Shown here: positions 48,185 through 59,695 of the stretch, piece after piece | Layout of the letters: each line of letters opens with the position of its first letter | Position numbering within the stretch: the first letter of the stretch is position 1 | Source of the DNA: Pristiophorus japonicus | Lineage: Eukaryota | Assembly: GCF_044704955.1 (NCBI RefSeq) | Contig: NC_091997.1 | Coordinates: 86,800,001 to 86,864,000, forward strand | DNA length: 64,000 nt | Direction: 5' to 3' | Position numbers and translations under genes: made by a program | The notes under the pieces: model-generated | What the model saw: the letters and a program-made list of their open reading frames with translations, nothing else | Told to the model about the DNA's origin: nothing | Databases searched by the model: none

Positions 48185-48943
48185 TTCAGAGCGGCAGAAG
48201 GTGTGTAGTGGTGTCCCACAAGGATCAGTGCTGGGACCACTCTCGTTCACAATTTATATTAACGATTTAGACTTTGGAATCAAAAACACAATTTCTAAAA
48301 TTACAGATGACACTAAATAGCCAATACTGAGGAGGGCTGCAACAAATTACAGGAGGACATTAATAAACTTGCAGATTGGGCATATAATTGGCAAATGAAG
48401 TTCAACACAGATAAATGTGAGGTACTACATTTTTGTAGGAAGAATAGGGAGGTCACTTATTACTGGGAAATACAAATCTAATTGGGGTAGAGGAACAAAG
48501 GGATCTCGGAGTACAAATACACAAATCACCAAAAGTTAACAAGGCCATCGAAAAGAAACCTAGAGGTATAAAATGGAAAAGTAGGGAAGTTATGCTAAAC
48601 CTGTATCGAACCTTGGTTAGACCGCACTTGGAGTACTGCGTACAGTTCTGGTCACCATATTATCAAATGGATATAGAGGCACTGGAGAGGGTGCAGAGAA
48701 GATTTACAAGGATGATACCAGAAATGCGAGGGTATATCTATCAGGAAAGGATGAACAGGCTGGGTCTCTTTACTCTTGAAAAGAGAAGACTGTGGAGTGA
48801 CCTAAAATCATCAAAGGTTTTGACAGATTTTTTATAGAGAGAATGTTTTCACTTGTGGCGAAGACATAACTAGAGACCATTAATGTAAGATAGTCACCAC
48901 AAAATCAAACAGGGAATTCAGAAGAAACTTCTTTACCCAGAGA
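48185..48943 (+). mobile_element. CR1 LINE RT fragment
   Basis: [15 protein letters not shown] and RPHLEYCVQFWSP. Confidence 0.85.
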
Positions 48944-49295
48944 GTTACAAGATGCACTGCAGCAACTCGCCAAGGCTTCTTCAATGGCCCCACCCAAACC
49001 CACAACCTCGACCACCGAGAAGGACAAGGGCAGCAAGCGCACGGGAACACCACCACCTCCACGTTCCCCTCCGAGTCACACACCATCCTGAGTTGGAAAT
49101 ATATCGGCCGTTCCTTCACTGTCGCTGGGTCGCAATCCTGGAACTCCCTCCCTAACAGCACTGTGGGAGCACCTTCACCACACGGACTGCAGCGGTTCAA
49201 GAAGGTGGTTCACCACCACCTTCTCAAGGGGCAATTAGGGATGGGCAATAAATGCCGGCCCTGCCAACGACGCCACATCCTAGGAACAAATAAAA
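48944..49295 (+). mobile_element. 3' end of a different CR1/L2-group LINE
   Basis: MHCSNSPRLL..WNSLP..LQRFKK..HHHLL followed by a short UTR with AATAAA. Confidence 0.65.
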
Positions 49296-49329
49296 TAACT
49301 TCTCTTTCTGCAGGACAAGGCCACACGAG

Positions 49330-49600
49330 GCCATGGGGAGGAGTGGGTGTGGGGAGCGAGTCGGGCGAGTGAGACCGGGGGCGGGGGGGGGGGAGTGAGA
49401 TGGGAGGAGTGAGTTGTGGGGGGAGGCGGAGGGGTGGCGACAGGGGGGAATGAGTCGGGGAGGGCGACAGAGGGGAGTGAGTCGGGGGGGAGACAGGGGG
49501 GAGTGACAGGGGGGAGTGAGTCGGGGGGGGAGCCGGAAGGAGCCGGGCGATAGGGGGGAATGAGTCGGGGAGGGGGGGCAGTGAGGGGGCAACTGGGGGT
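49330..49600. repeat. G-rich degenerate repeat (GAGTGAGTCGGGGG motif)
   Basis: Composition and repeated motif. Confidence 0.75.
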
Positions 49601-50886
49601 GATCAGTGGGCCAGGCAGAGCCATGAGTATTGGCGATTTAACTCAGCAGGGTTTCCGTTCTTTATTGCCCTCAGCTGCACCCCCTCAAGCTGCTTTCTCT
49701 GAGCTGGCACCAGCCAATTGTCCAGCTTCTGTGTGCTGTCCAAACTCTGCTCACCTTCAAGGCTCTTCACAGCAGCCAGAGGCTTCCGCACGTGACACCT
49801 GGAGAGGGACAAAGGTCACTCGCTCCACCCCTCCTGGACCGGCTCAAACACTGGCACTTCGCACCGGTTAGATCGCGAGTTGGTGGATCCCACACTGGTG
49901 GGCAGCAGCAGGTACTGGTGGCAGGGTCAGCCCAGGGGAGGGTGTGCCAAGGGGGAGGCCCCGCTCCCAGCTCTGCTACACACAGCTATCGACTCCGGGG
50001 GCACAGCCATGAAACCTGCTGGTCTCGCACGGGTCATCGGAAGCCACACCGAGGAGTTTCAGCACGATGGTTGTGATTGTGGAAGAGTTCACACATTCAG
50101 CCAGTGTGGTACCACCGGGCAATGCCATTAGCATCTTGCCGTCTTCCCTGGAGAGTGGGGTGAGGGGCGGGGGGCTGGGTGGGTGGGGGGAGGATATCTC
50201 TTGTCCCGCAGCTGAATTCTTCACAGAGGGTCGAGTATTGGGGGCTTGATGGACTATTGCAGAATAAATGCATCGTGACAGACCCATGCCCGATCCTGCT
50301 TGTATAATGGACACTGGCTGCACGATGGTGAATTGTGGAGGTCTTTCTGCTGACGATTGGTGCTGGCTGATCTAGTGCCCTGACTGCAATGTGTGCTCAG
50401 ACAATGACCTGCTGGACACACAGGGAGCAGGGTACAGCTACAAATCAGTGTGCAATCGCAGTCTGCTCGTACAATCACAGTCTCTGCGTACAATCACAGT
50501 AACTTTGTGTATACTCAGTCTCCTCGAGCATTTGCAGCCCCCTTGTGTATTTGCATTTTCTTCGTGCAATCGCATTCTTCTCCTGCAATCACAATATTCC
50601 TGTGCAAGTTACTTTGTTAATGTCATGTATCCTACATGGTTACTGCTTGTACTATTACAAGATGTGCCACCAGAGGGCACAGCAGTGGGAGACTTGTAGG
50701 TTACCTGTACAGGTGTGCCTGGCCTGGTATAAAAGGCAGGCCACCAGTTGTGATCCTCACTGTGGAGTTACATTAAATGGACTAAGGTCATTACAGTTCA
50801 AGCACAACACATTGTCTCGTGGAGTCGTTATTAGAGCATCTGAAGACATAACAATTGGCGACGAGATTATGGACCTTCACGCGAAA

Positions 50887-53120
50887 ATGGCTAACTTTGG
50901 TACGTTGCAGCAGTTCGCCGATGGTGATGATTGGGAAGCCTTTGTGGAGAGTTTCGACCATTTCTTCACAGCAAACGACCTGGCAGGTGACACTCCGGCC
51001 ACACTGGCTGATAAGTGCAGAGCTATCCTGCTGTCCAGCTGAGGGCCCACCGTCTATGGTCTCGTCAGGGACTTTCTGGCACCAACGAAGACAACGACCA
51101 AGACGTACGAGGAGCTTGTAACACTGATCCAAGAACAACTCAAGCCCAAAGAGAGCATCCTCACAGCCAGACACCAGTTTTATACACACCGACGGCCTGA
51201 AGACCAGGAGATCGCGAAATATGCTGCAGATCCCAGGAGGCTGGCGGCACTGTGTGATTTCAGCGATCACCTCACCGAAGCACTGCGGGATATCTTTGTC
51301 ATCGGAATCAGCCATGAGGGTCTTCTTCAAAAGCTACTGTCGGCGGATACCACAGTCACACTGCAGATGGCCACCTCCGTGAGCCAAGCATTCATGACCT
51401 CGACCTGCAGCTCTAGGCTGATGACTCATCCTCAGGACTCAAACCCGGCAAGTACTGTGCACAGAATGGCGCCTTTTAGAGGCTGGACTGTAGAACGGGA
51501 ATCTTCTCAGGGGAGAGAGAACAGGCCCCTGAGTCCCTTAACTGAGGGGGGCTAGTCAAGTAGCTCCATACTGGCGTTGTGGAGGGAATCACAGGGCTCA
51601 CCAGTGCCGTTTTAAAGACTATGTGTGTAAAGGCTGCAGCACAAAGGATCACCTCCAGCGAATGTGTAAAAGAAATATGGCTCACTGTGTTGATGAAGAG
51701 TCTGCAGATGGCCATGAATCCAGTGTGGATTATGAAGCGATAGTCAGAGATGCAGCTCAGCCCTACGATGAGGTATATGGCATGTTTACCTGCACCACCG
51801 AATGTTCTCCATTGAGGATGGAAGTCGAGATAAATGGCGTTCTAGTCTTCATAGAAGTGGACACGGGGGCGAGCCAGTCAGTAATGAATCAAGAAGCCTT
51901 TGAGAGGCTATGGGACAATCAGGCTGAATGGCCCAAGTTTGTCCCGGTTCAGGCAAAGCTGCACACCTACACCAATGAACTTATCCCAGTCATTGGTAGT
52001 GCAGATGTAAAGGTACTCCATGATGGTGCGGTGCACTAGTTACCCCTGTGGATTGTTGCAGGTGATGGACCAACGCTACTTTATTGTACATTAATGATTT
52101 AGACGAGGGGATTAAATGTAGTATCTCCAAATTTGCGGATGACACTAAGTTGGGTGGCAGTGTGAGCTGCGAGGAGGATGCTATGAGGCTGCAGAGTGAC
52201 TTGGATAGGTTAGGTGAGTGGGCAAATGCGTGGCAGGTGAAGTATAATGTGGATAAATGTGAGGTTATCCACTTTGGTGGTAAAAACAGAGAGACAGACT
52301 ATTATCTGAATGGTGACAGATTAGGAAGGGGGAAGGTACAGCGAGACTTGGGTGTCATGGTACATCAGTCATTGAAGGTTAGCATGCAGGTACAGCAGAC
52401 GGTTAAGAAAGCAAATGGCATGTTGGCCTTCATAGTGAGGGGATTTGAGTACAGGGGCAGGGAGGTGTTGCTACAGTTGTATAGGGCCTTGGTGAGGCCA
52501 CAGCTGGAGTATTGTGTACAGTTTTGGTCTCCTAACTTGAGGAAGGACGTTCTTGCTATTGATGGAGTGCAGCGAAGATTCACCAGACTGATTCCCGGGA
52601 TGGTGGGACTGACCTATCAAGAAAGACTGGATCAACTGGGCTTGTATTCACTGGAGTTCAGAAGAGTGAGAGGGGACCTCATCGAAACGTTTAAAATTCT
52701 GACGGGTTTGGATAGGTTGGATGCAGGAAGAATGTTCCCAATGTTGGGGAAGTCCAGAACCAGGGGTCACAGTCTAAGGATAAGGGGTAAGCCATTTAGG
52801 ACCGAGATGAGGAGAAACTTCTTCACCCAGAGAGTGGTGAACCTGTGGAATTCTCTACCACAGAAAGTAGTTGAGGCCAATTCACTAAATATATTCAAAA
52901 GGGAGTTAGATGAAGTCCTTACTACTCGGGGGATCAAGGGGTATGACGAGAAAGCAGGAAGTGGGTACTGAAGTTTCATGTTCAGCCATGAACTCATTGA
53001 ATGGTGGTGCAGGCTAGAAGGGCTGAATGGCCTGCTCCTGCACCTATTTTCTATGTTTCTATGTTACTCGGAAGAAGGTGGATGGAGAAGATCCATTGGA
53101 GCTGGGAAGAGTTCATCCCT
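50887..53120 (+). pseudogene. gag: Gypsy gag-protease, disrupted by stops and a CR1 insertion
   Basis: DDWEAFVESF..LRDIFVIGI, two zinc knuckles, EVDTGAS, and GPTL|LGRRW across the insertion. Confidence 0.85.
52081..53064 (+). mobile_element. Young CR1 3' kilobase inserted in the Gypsy protease
   Basis: ORF 52084-52971 is nearly identical to the 34962 ORF2 C-terminus; TSD TACT. Confidence 0.95.
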
Positions 53121-53283
53121 CCAGCTATCGACTTCCTCCATGCTCAGAGGCAAAGCAAGCCCTCACCTGAGGTTGGATCCGGCACCAGAGAGCAGACCAG
53201 CACAGCACCCGAGACACAGACCGCTCAGCACGACTGTGTGGAGATGATCCAGCTGAGATGACCGAACGCATTTCCAGGCTCCA

Positions 53284-54354
53284 GTGGCAGGACTCCGGAG
53301 GAAGAAAATCGGACCCAGAGGCGACTTCCCAGCTTCGGTGGCAGAACCTGGGGAGAAGAGGATCACCACAGTCGACATCATGGATGGAAGAAAGATGGCG
53401 CCCAAACCACGAGGTGAGGCGCTGAAGAAAAAGATGGCGGCGGCCGGACCACGAGGGGCAGCGCTGATGGAGCAACACGTGGCACCAAGCAAAGAAGAGG
53501 ATTGGGGTAAAGATAGCAAGGCTCTCTTAAAGGAGGCCTGCAACCCACCACACTTAAAGGGACAGTTCCACACTCTCAATCAATGTAATAGCAACTGTGA
53601 GTTAGATGTAAAATGTGTAATTGATGATCAGAGTTGTGTACATGCAATAAGCAAGGAAAAGTCACGCGATTGCGATCGGAGCTCCAGGTTATTTACAATA
53701 AGTAATGAAACGTTGTGCGATGTAGGATTTCAACTGCATACAGTCAATGCAGCGGGCAAACACCCATCGGGAGCACACAGGTCCAGCGAACTACCCACTG
53801 CTGTAGCCTGCGTCCCTGGGACCAGAGTGATGCACCACGGAATGTGGCCACAAGCAGCTAATATATACAAGCTACAGAGCAAGCGATCTCAGGAGGGCAA
53901 CGGCACCGGTATCGATACCCTGCCCCCGATCGGCTCCACCTCTCAGGCACCCGACGGCACCAAACGCCACGAGCCTGAAAGAGCAAACTGTGCTAAGGCG
54001 CAGCCCCCAGACGCTATCACCACCAAGGCTACACCCGGGAACGAAGGGTCACCTGCAATGGTTCTCCTAAATGGGACTGGGACCAGCCAGGATCCTAAAC
54101 CAAATAACGCCCAGGTAAGCGAGTTAGCAGTTCCCTGTGCACTGCTACATGACTGCTGCTCAGGGAGCAGCAGCAACCTGGGGCGCAAGGAGAGGACAGG
54201 GAGGTCACAGGCATCTGTGAACCTGCCCGACACTAGAAGCAACGGCAAAGGCCCTGAGAGCAGGCAACTTGAGCCAACCGGGTTCCCACTGCCAGCACTG
54301 GGCATCGCGCCGCCACCAGACTACCTGGACACCATCCAGCAGTTCTGGCACTAG
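53284..54354 (+). CDS. Unknown 356-codon open frame inside the Gypsy element, in place of pol
   Basis: Non-repetitive open frame on the element's sense strand with no recognisable RT or integrase motifs. Confidence 0.4.
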   Translation: MAGLRRKKIGPRGDFPASVAEPGEKRITTVDIMDGRKMAPKPRGEALKKKMAAAGPRGAALMEQHVAPSKEEDWGKDSKALLKEACNPPHLKGQFHTLNQCNSNCELDVKCVIDDQSCVHAISKEKSRDCDRSSRLFTISNETLCDVGFQLHTVNAAGKHPSGAHRSSELPTAVACVPGTRVMHHGMWPQAANIYKLQSKRSQEGNGTGIDTLPPIGSTSQAPDGTKRHEPERANCAKAQPPDAITTKATPGNEGSPAMVLLNGTGTSQDPKPNNAQVSELAVPCALLHDCCSGSSSNLGRKERTGRSQASVNLPDTRSNGKGPESRQLEPTGFPLPALGIAPPPDYLDTIQQFWH

Positions 54355-55204
54355 TTTGTCCTCACGTACCAGCGCCAACCCCAGCACTGACTACAAGTAT
54401 ATTCCAAGTATGTATCTCACCATTCAAATGTACTTACCTCACCACGGTACCACGAATGCAATACTGCAAAGGCAACTTTTTTTTTGTATATGAATGTAAT
54501 GCGCCAACGGCACAATCTGTATGTGGAGGGGGGGAGAGAATGGAGTGGTCATGGACGCACAAACAGAAACCACCAGCAACACTACTGCCAACGAAACACC
54601 ACCTACTCACCCAAGATGGAAACGACCCTCCAAGGGTCAACCAGATAGAGCTAAGCCCAGAGCACAGTCAATGCAAAGGCAGTTTGCACTAAGAACTTGG
54701 GGGAGAGTGATGTCATGTATCCTACATGGTTACTGCTTGTACTATTACAAGATGTGCCACCAGAGGGCACTGCTGTTGGAGACTTGTAGGTTATACTAGT
54801 GCCAGGCCTAGTATAAAAGGCAGGCCACCATATGTGATCCTCACTCTGGAGTTACATTAAATGGACTAAGGTCACTACAGTTCAGGCACAACATATTGTC
54901 TCGTGGAGTCATTATTAGAGCATCTGAAGACATACCAGTCAATGCCCAGGTATAATTGTCATGCCTACAATCACGGGCGGTGGTGAGAAGCCAGAACTCC
55001 TGATTGCCCTGTCTCCTCTGATCCTCCTCCACAGCAGCAGCCCAGAGAGATAGCCATAGCTCCTATACAGGCAGCACACAAACATCCCCAGGGAAACAGG
55101 CATAGGGGGGGCCATCGGCTGCAGCTTTCAGCTGCTCTCAGTAAATGTGTTTCTGGAAAAACAGCAAAGCTGGTTATCAGTACAGCTCTGGAATAGCTCT
55201 TATT

Positions 55205-56916
55205 TATAATCAGGATCTGGCTCCAGGCTTTGCCCAGGATCCAGGTCCATGTTTTACCTTGGATCCAGTTCCATATCTTTCCTGGGATCTGGATCCAGAT
55301 TCCCACCAGGAAACAGTTCCATGCTTGGTCCAAATCTGGCTCACAGTTTGGCCCAGGATACAGCGCCACATTTTTCCCACAATCCAGCTCCATGTTATGC
55401 TCACAATCCAGCTCCATATTTTTCCCAGGATCCAGCTCCATGTTTTGCACTGATTCCAGCTCCAGGTTATGTCCAAGATTCAGCTCCATATTTTTCCCAT
55501 AATCCAGCTCTAGATTTTTCCAGGATCCAACTCCTGCTTTGCCCAGGATCTAGATCCAAGTTTTGCCGAGGATCCGGCTTCTTATTTATACTCAGGATCG
55601 GGCTACAGTTTTTGCCCAGGAACCAGCTCAATGTTTGGCCCAGGATATCGCTCCATGTTTTTCCCAGGATCCGGTGCCATATTCTGCACTGAATCTGGCT
55701 CCAGGACCACTCTCAAGGATTTGTCCAGGGTCCGGCTCCAGGGTTTTACAACATTTGATTATATATTTTGCCCAGCATCCGGCTATAGTTTTTGGCAAGG
55801 ATCCAGCTCCATGTTTCACCCAGGAGCCGGTTCCATGTTCTTCCCATGATCCGACTCCAGCTTTTACCCTGCAACCGGTTCCATGTTTGGTCCAAATCCG
55901 GCTCAATGTTTGGCCCAGTATACAGCGCCAAGTTTTTCCCAGGGTCCGGCTCCATGTTTTGTCCAAGATCTGGCTTCATGTTTTGCCCAGGATCCGACTA
56001 CAATTTATGGCCATGATCCAGCTCCGTGTTTTACCTAGGACCTAGTTTCCATATTTTTTCCAGATCCAGATCCAGGTTCGCTCCCCCCCACCGCCCCCCC
56101 ACCAACGCCCCAGAAAGATCCAACTCCATGTCTTGCCCAAATCCAGCTCCAGGTTTGACCCAGGCCCCGGCTCCAGGTTTTACCCAGAATTCAGCACTGA
56201 ATCCGGCTCCAGATTTTGGCCGGGATCAGGCTCAATGTCTGGCTCGGGATCGTGCTCGAGGTTTAGCCCAGGATACAGCTCCATGTTTTTCCAAAGAACT
56301 GGTTCCATTATTTGCCCAGGATTTAGCTTCAGGCTTTGCCCAGAAGCTGATTCTAGATTTTGCCCAGATCCAGCTCCAGGTTTTGCCCAGGATCCAGCTC
56401 CAGATATTGGCCAGATCCAGCTCCAGGTTTGGCCCAGGATCCAGCTCCAGGTTTTGCCCAGATCCAGCTCCAGGTTTTGCCCAGGATCCAGTTCCAGGTT
56501 ATGCCCAGGATCCACTTCCAGATATTGCCCAGATCCAGCTCCAGGTTTTGCCCAGGATCTAGCTCCAGGTTTTGTCCAGGATCCAGCTCCAGAAATTGCC
56601 CAGATCCAGCTCCAGGTTTTGCCCAGGATCCAGCTCCAGGTTATGCCCAGGATCCAGTTCCAGGTTATGCCCAGGATCCACTTCCAGATATTGCCTAGAT
56701 CCAGCTCCAGATTTTGCCCAGGGTCCAGCTCCAGGTTTTGCCCAGGATCCAGCTCCAGGTTATGCCCAGGATCCATTCCAGGTTATGCCCAGGATCCACT
56801 TCCAGATATTGCCTAGATCCAGTTCCAGATTTTGCCCAGGATCCAGCTCCAGGTTTTGCCCAGGATCCAGCTCCGGTTATACCCAGGATCCCGCTCTAGG
56901 TTTTGCCCAGATCCAA
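55205..56916. repeat. Minisatellite, 23-24 bp unit CCCA(G)GATCCAGCTCCAGGTTTTG
   Basis: Tandem array, degenerate on the left and homogeneous from about 56355. Confidence 0.95.
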
Positions 56917-57905
56917 ATCCTGACGGAGGAGCCAACACTGCTGTCCAATCCCATCCCTCCCTGGCTCAGGCCTCAGGTTAAAATTCATGACATCACGGAC
57001 TCGATCTGCATATTTAAACAGGACTCCTTTCGTTCCTGTAGGGTCACAGTGGGAAGAAAGCGGGTCGAAGGGCAGCTGACGTCTGTTACTTTAACTGCTT
57101 CACACACCCCTTGCCACTTGGTTTCCATCAGATGGGGACAGTTAAAATCAGGCCAAGGTGTCCGAAGGTGTGTGCTGCAGATTGCTCTTCATCATCTTCC
57201 TCCTCTTCATCATCATCAAAAGAACATAAGAATTAGGAGCGGGAGTTGGCCATTTGGCCCCTCGAGCCTGCTCCGCCATTCAATGAGATCATGGCTGATC
57301 TTCGACCTCAACTCCACTTTCCCACCCAATCCCCATATCCCTTGATTCTCCTAGTTTCCAAAAATCTATCGATCTCAGCCTTGAATATATGCAATGATTC
57401 AGCGTCTACAGCCCTCAATGCAAATTGATGATGTTTGGCATTCAGTCCCTTGAACCTGTTTCTCTGGTCTGTAGTGAGGTTGTTCTCGTGTTCGCGAATG
57501 CATTAGAAATCCTGGCCAGAGAACATAGCGGTGATCACACGCGGTGTCGGCACACACAGTGCCAGGAGGGGCCTGCCCACTCAAGCTCAGTGTCGGACTT
57601 GGCGCAAGGGAGTCCGGAGACAGTCCTTGTCTTAGTCCACAGGGGTTTCAGTGGGAATTGTAACTGAATAAGACCCCTCACATGTTACAATCGACCAAGG
57701 CATCCTCCCCCCAGTCTCCTCTCGGGTTGTAAATCAAAGAAGGCTGGAATACAAAGGGGAAAAAGTGATGCTTCAGCTGTACAGAGCCACGGGTCAGACC
57801 CCGTCTGCAGTAACTGTGTTCAATTCTGGGCCCCGCACCTCAGGGAGGATATATTGCCCACGGAGAGAGGAGCAGCCCAGATTCACCAGAATGTTACCGG
57901 GGCTG

Positions 57906-58297
57906 GAATCGTGGGCGGAGGTGAGGCGAATGTTGTGGCGGAGGAGCGGCACGAGATCGTGGCGGAGGTGCGACGAATGAGGGTATGGGACCCAGAAGAG
58001 GCGAGGGCCCAGGGGAAGCCTGGGCCAGCCCACACTGCGATATGTGTGCTCACTGGGTCCGTGCAGCAGAGCTGGTCTCCAGTCGTCCTGGTTAACCCTT
58101 GCCACTGGATAAAGACCTAGCTCTATCAAGCCCGTGTGGTGGCTGGTGTGCAACGGTCACCACACGTTAAAAAATTCCACGCACAGGCATCTTCCACCCT
58201 TCAATTGGAGTTCAGGACTGGAACATCGGTCATTGAAACATCTGTGCACTCATGCGGAAGCAAGTCATCCTCGTTCGAGGGACCGCCTATGATGATG
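57906..58297 (+). mobile_element. Non-coding RTE-dependent short element
   Basis: Ends GGAAGCAAGTCATCCTCG.TCGAGGGAC.GCCTATGATGATG like the RTE copies, but the body is not RTE ORF sequence. Confidence 0.65.
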
Positions 58298-58496
58298 ACA
58301 GCCCTCTTGGGCAGAGAATTCCAAAGATTCACAACCCTCCAAGTGGAGAAATTCCTCCTCATCTGTCTTAAATGGCCGACCCCTTATCCTGAGATTATGC
58401 CCCCTGGTTCCAGACTCTCCAGCCGGGGGAAACAACCTCTCAGAATCTACCCTGTCAATCCCCCTCAGAATCTTACATGTTTCAATGTGATCACCT

Positions 58497-58875
58497 GGTG
58501 TTAGTTGTGGTTCAGTGGGCAGCACTCTCGCCTCAGAGTCAGGAGGTTGTGGGTTCAAGCCCCACTCCAGGGGCTTGAGCACATAAACCGAGGCTGACCC
58601 TCCCAGTGCAGTGCTGCGGGAGAGCTGCACTGTCGGAGGTGCCGTCTTTCGGATGAGACGTTAAACCGAGGCCCCGCCTGCTCTCTCAGTTGGATGGAAA
58701 AGATCCCATGGCATTATTTTTTTTAACCAATAAGGGAATTAAGGGTTATAGGGAGTGGGCGGGTAAGTGGATCTGAGTCCACAGCTAGATCAGCCATGAT
58801 CTTATTGAATGGCGGAGCAGGCTCGAGGGGCTAGATGGCCGACTCCTGTTCCTAATTCTTATGTTCTTATTATGT
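58497..58875 (+). mobile_element. Chimeric retrocopy: DeuSINE 5' half joined to a CR1 3' tail
   Basis: TSD TCACCT on both sides; junction in a T-run near 58717. Confidence 0.75.
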
Positions 58876-59102
58876 TCACCTCTCATTCTTCAAAACTCCA
58901 GAGAGTATCAGCTCATTCTACATAATCTCTCATCATAAGACAGCCCTCTCATCCCAGGGATCAGTCTGGTGAACCTTCGTTGCTCTGCCTCCAAGGCAAG
59001 TATATCCTTCCTTAGATAAGGAGACCAAAACTGTGCACAGTACTCCAGGTGTGGTCTCACCACAGCCCTGTGCAATTGCAGTAAGATTTCCTTACTCTGT
59101 AC

Positions 59103-59695
59103 ACTGATGACACCCAGCTCTACCTCACTACCACTTCTCTCGACCCTCCACGGTCTCTAAATTGTTAGACTGCTTGTCTGATATCCACTTCTGGATGAGC
59201 AGAAATTTTCTCCAATTGAATATTGGGAAGACCGAAGCCATTGTTTTCGGTCCCCGTCACAAACTCCATTCCCCAGCCACTGACTCCATCCCTCTCCCCA
59301 ACTTCTATCTGAGGCTAAACCACATTGTTCACAAGGTTGGTGTCCGCCTATTTCCACCTCCGTAACATCGCCCATCTCCGCACCTGGAGTACTGTGCACA
59401 GTTTTGGTCTCCTTATCTTGCCTCAGCTTATCTGCTGCTGAAGCCCTCATCCATGCCTTTGTTACCTCTAGACTTGACTATTCCAACATACTCCTGGCTG
59501 GCCTCCCATATTCTACCCTATGTAAACCAGAGGTGATCCAAATCTCGGCTGCTTCGCACCAAGTCCCACTGACCCATCACCCCTGTGCTCACTGACCCAA
59601 ATTGGCTTCCGGTTAAGCAACACCTCGATTTCAAAATTCTCATTCTTATTTTCAAATCCCTGCATGGCCTCTGTTAAAGGTGCTATATAAATACA
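59103..59695 (+). mobile_element. L2 LINE 3' fragment
   Basis: DDTQLY..WMSRNFLQLN..LIHAFVTSRLDYSN and the tail AAAGGTGCTATATAAATACA. Confidence 0.8.

Larger units (their letters stand above)
50621..54937 (+). mobile_element. Gypsy (Mag-like) LTR element lacking RT, RNase H and integrase
   Basis: LTRs at 50621-50853 and 54711-54937; TSD GTTAA/GTCAA; PBS TGGCGACGAG; PPT GGGGGAGAG. Confidence 0.9.
57222..59098 (-). mobile_element. CR1 3' portion split by two insertions (57222-57416, 58298-58496, 58876-59098)
   Basis: The pieces are collinear once the TSD-bounded inserts are removed. Confidence 0.8.

Noticed and set aside
49600-50620. Possible host exons or Harbinger gene remnants (also 54940-55200, 57000-57220 and 60845-61130)
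   Set aside because: Only faint similarity to decayed Harbinger genes (acidic runs, a VCC-like motif) and no clean splice-phase chain, so these are not annotated.
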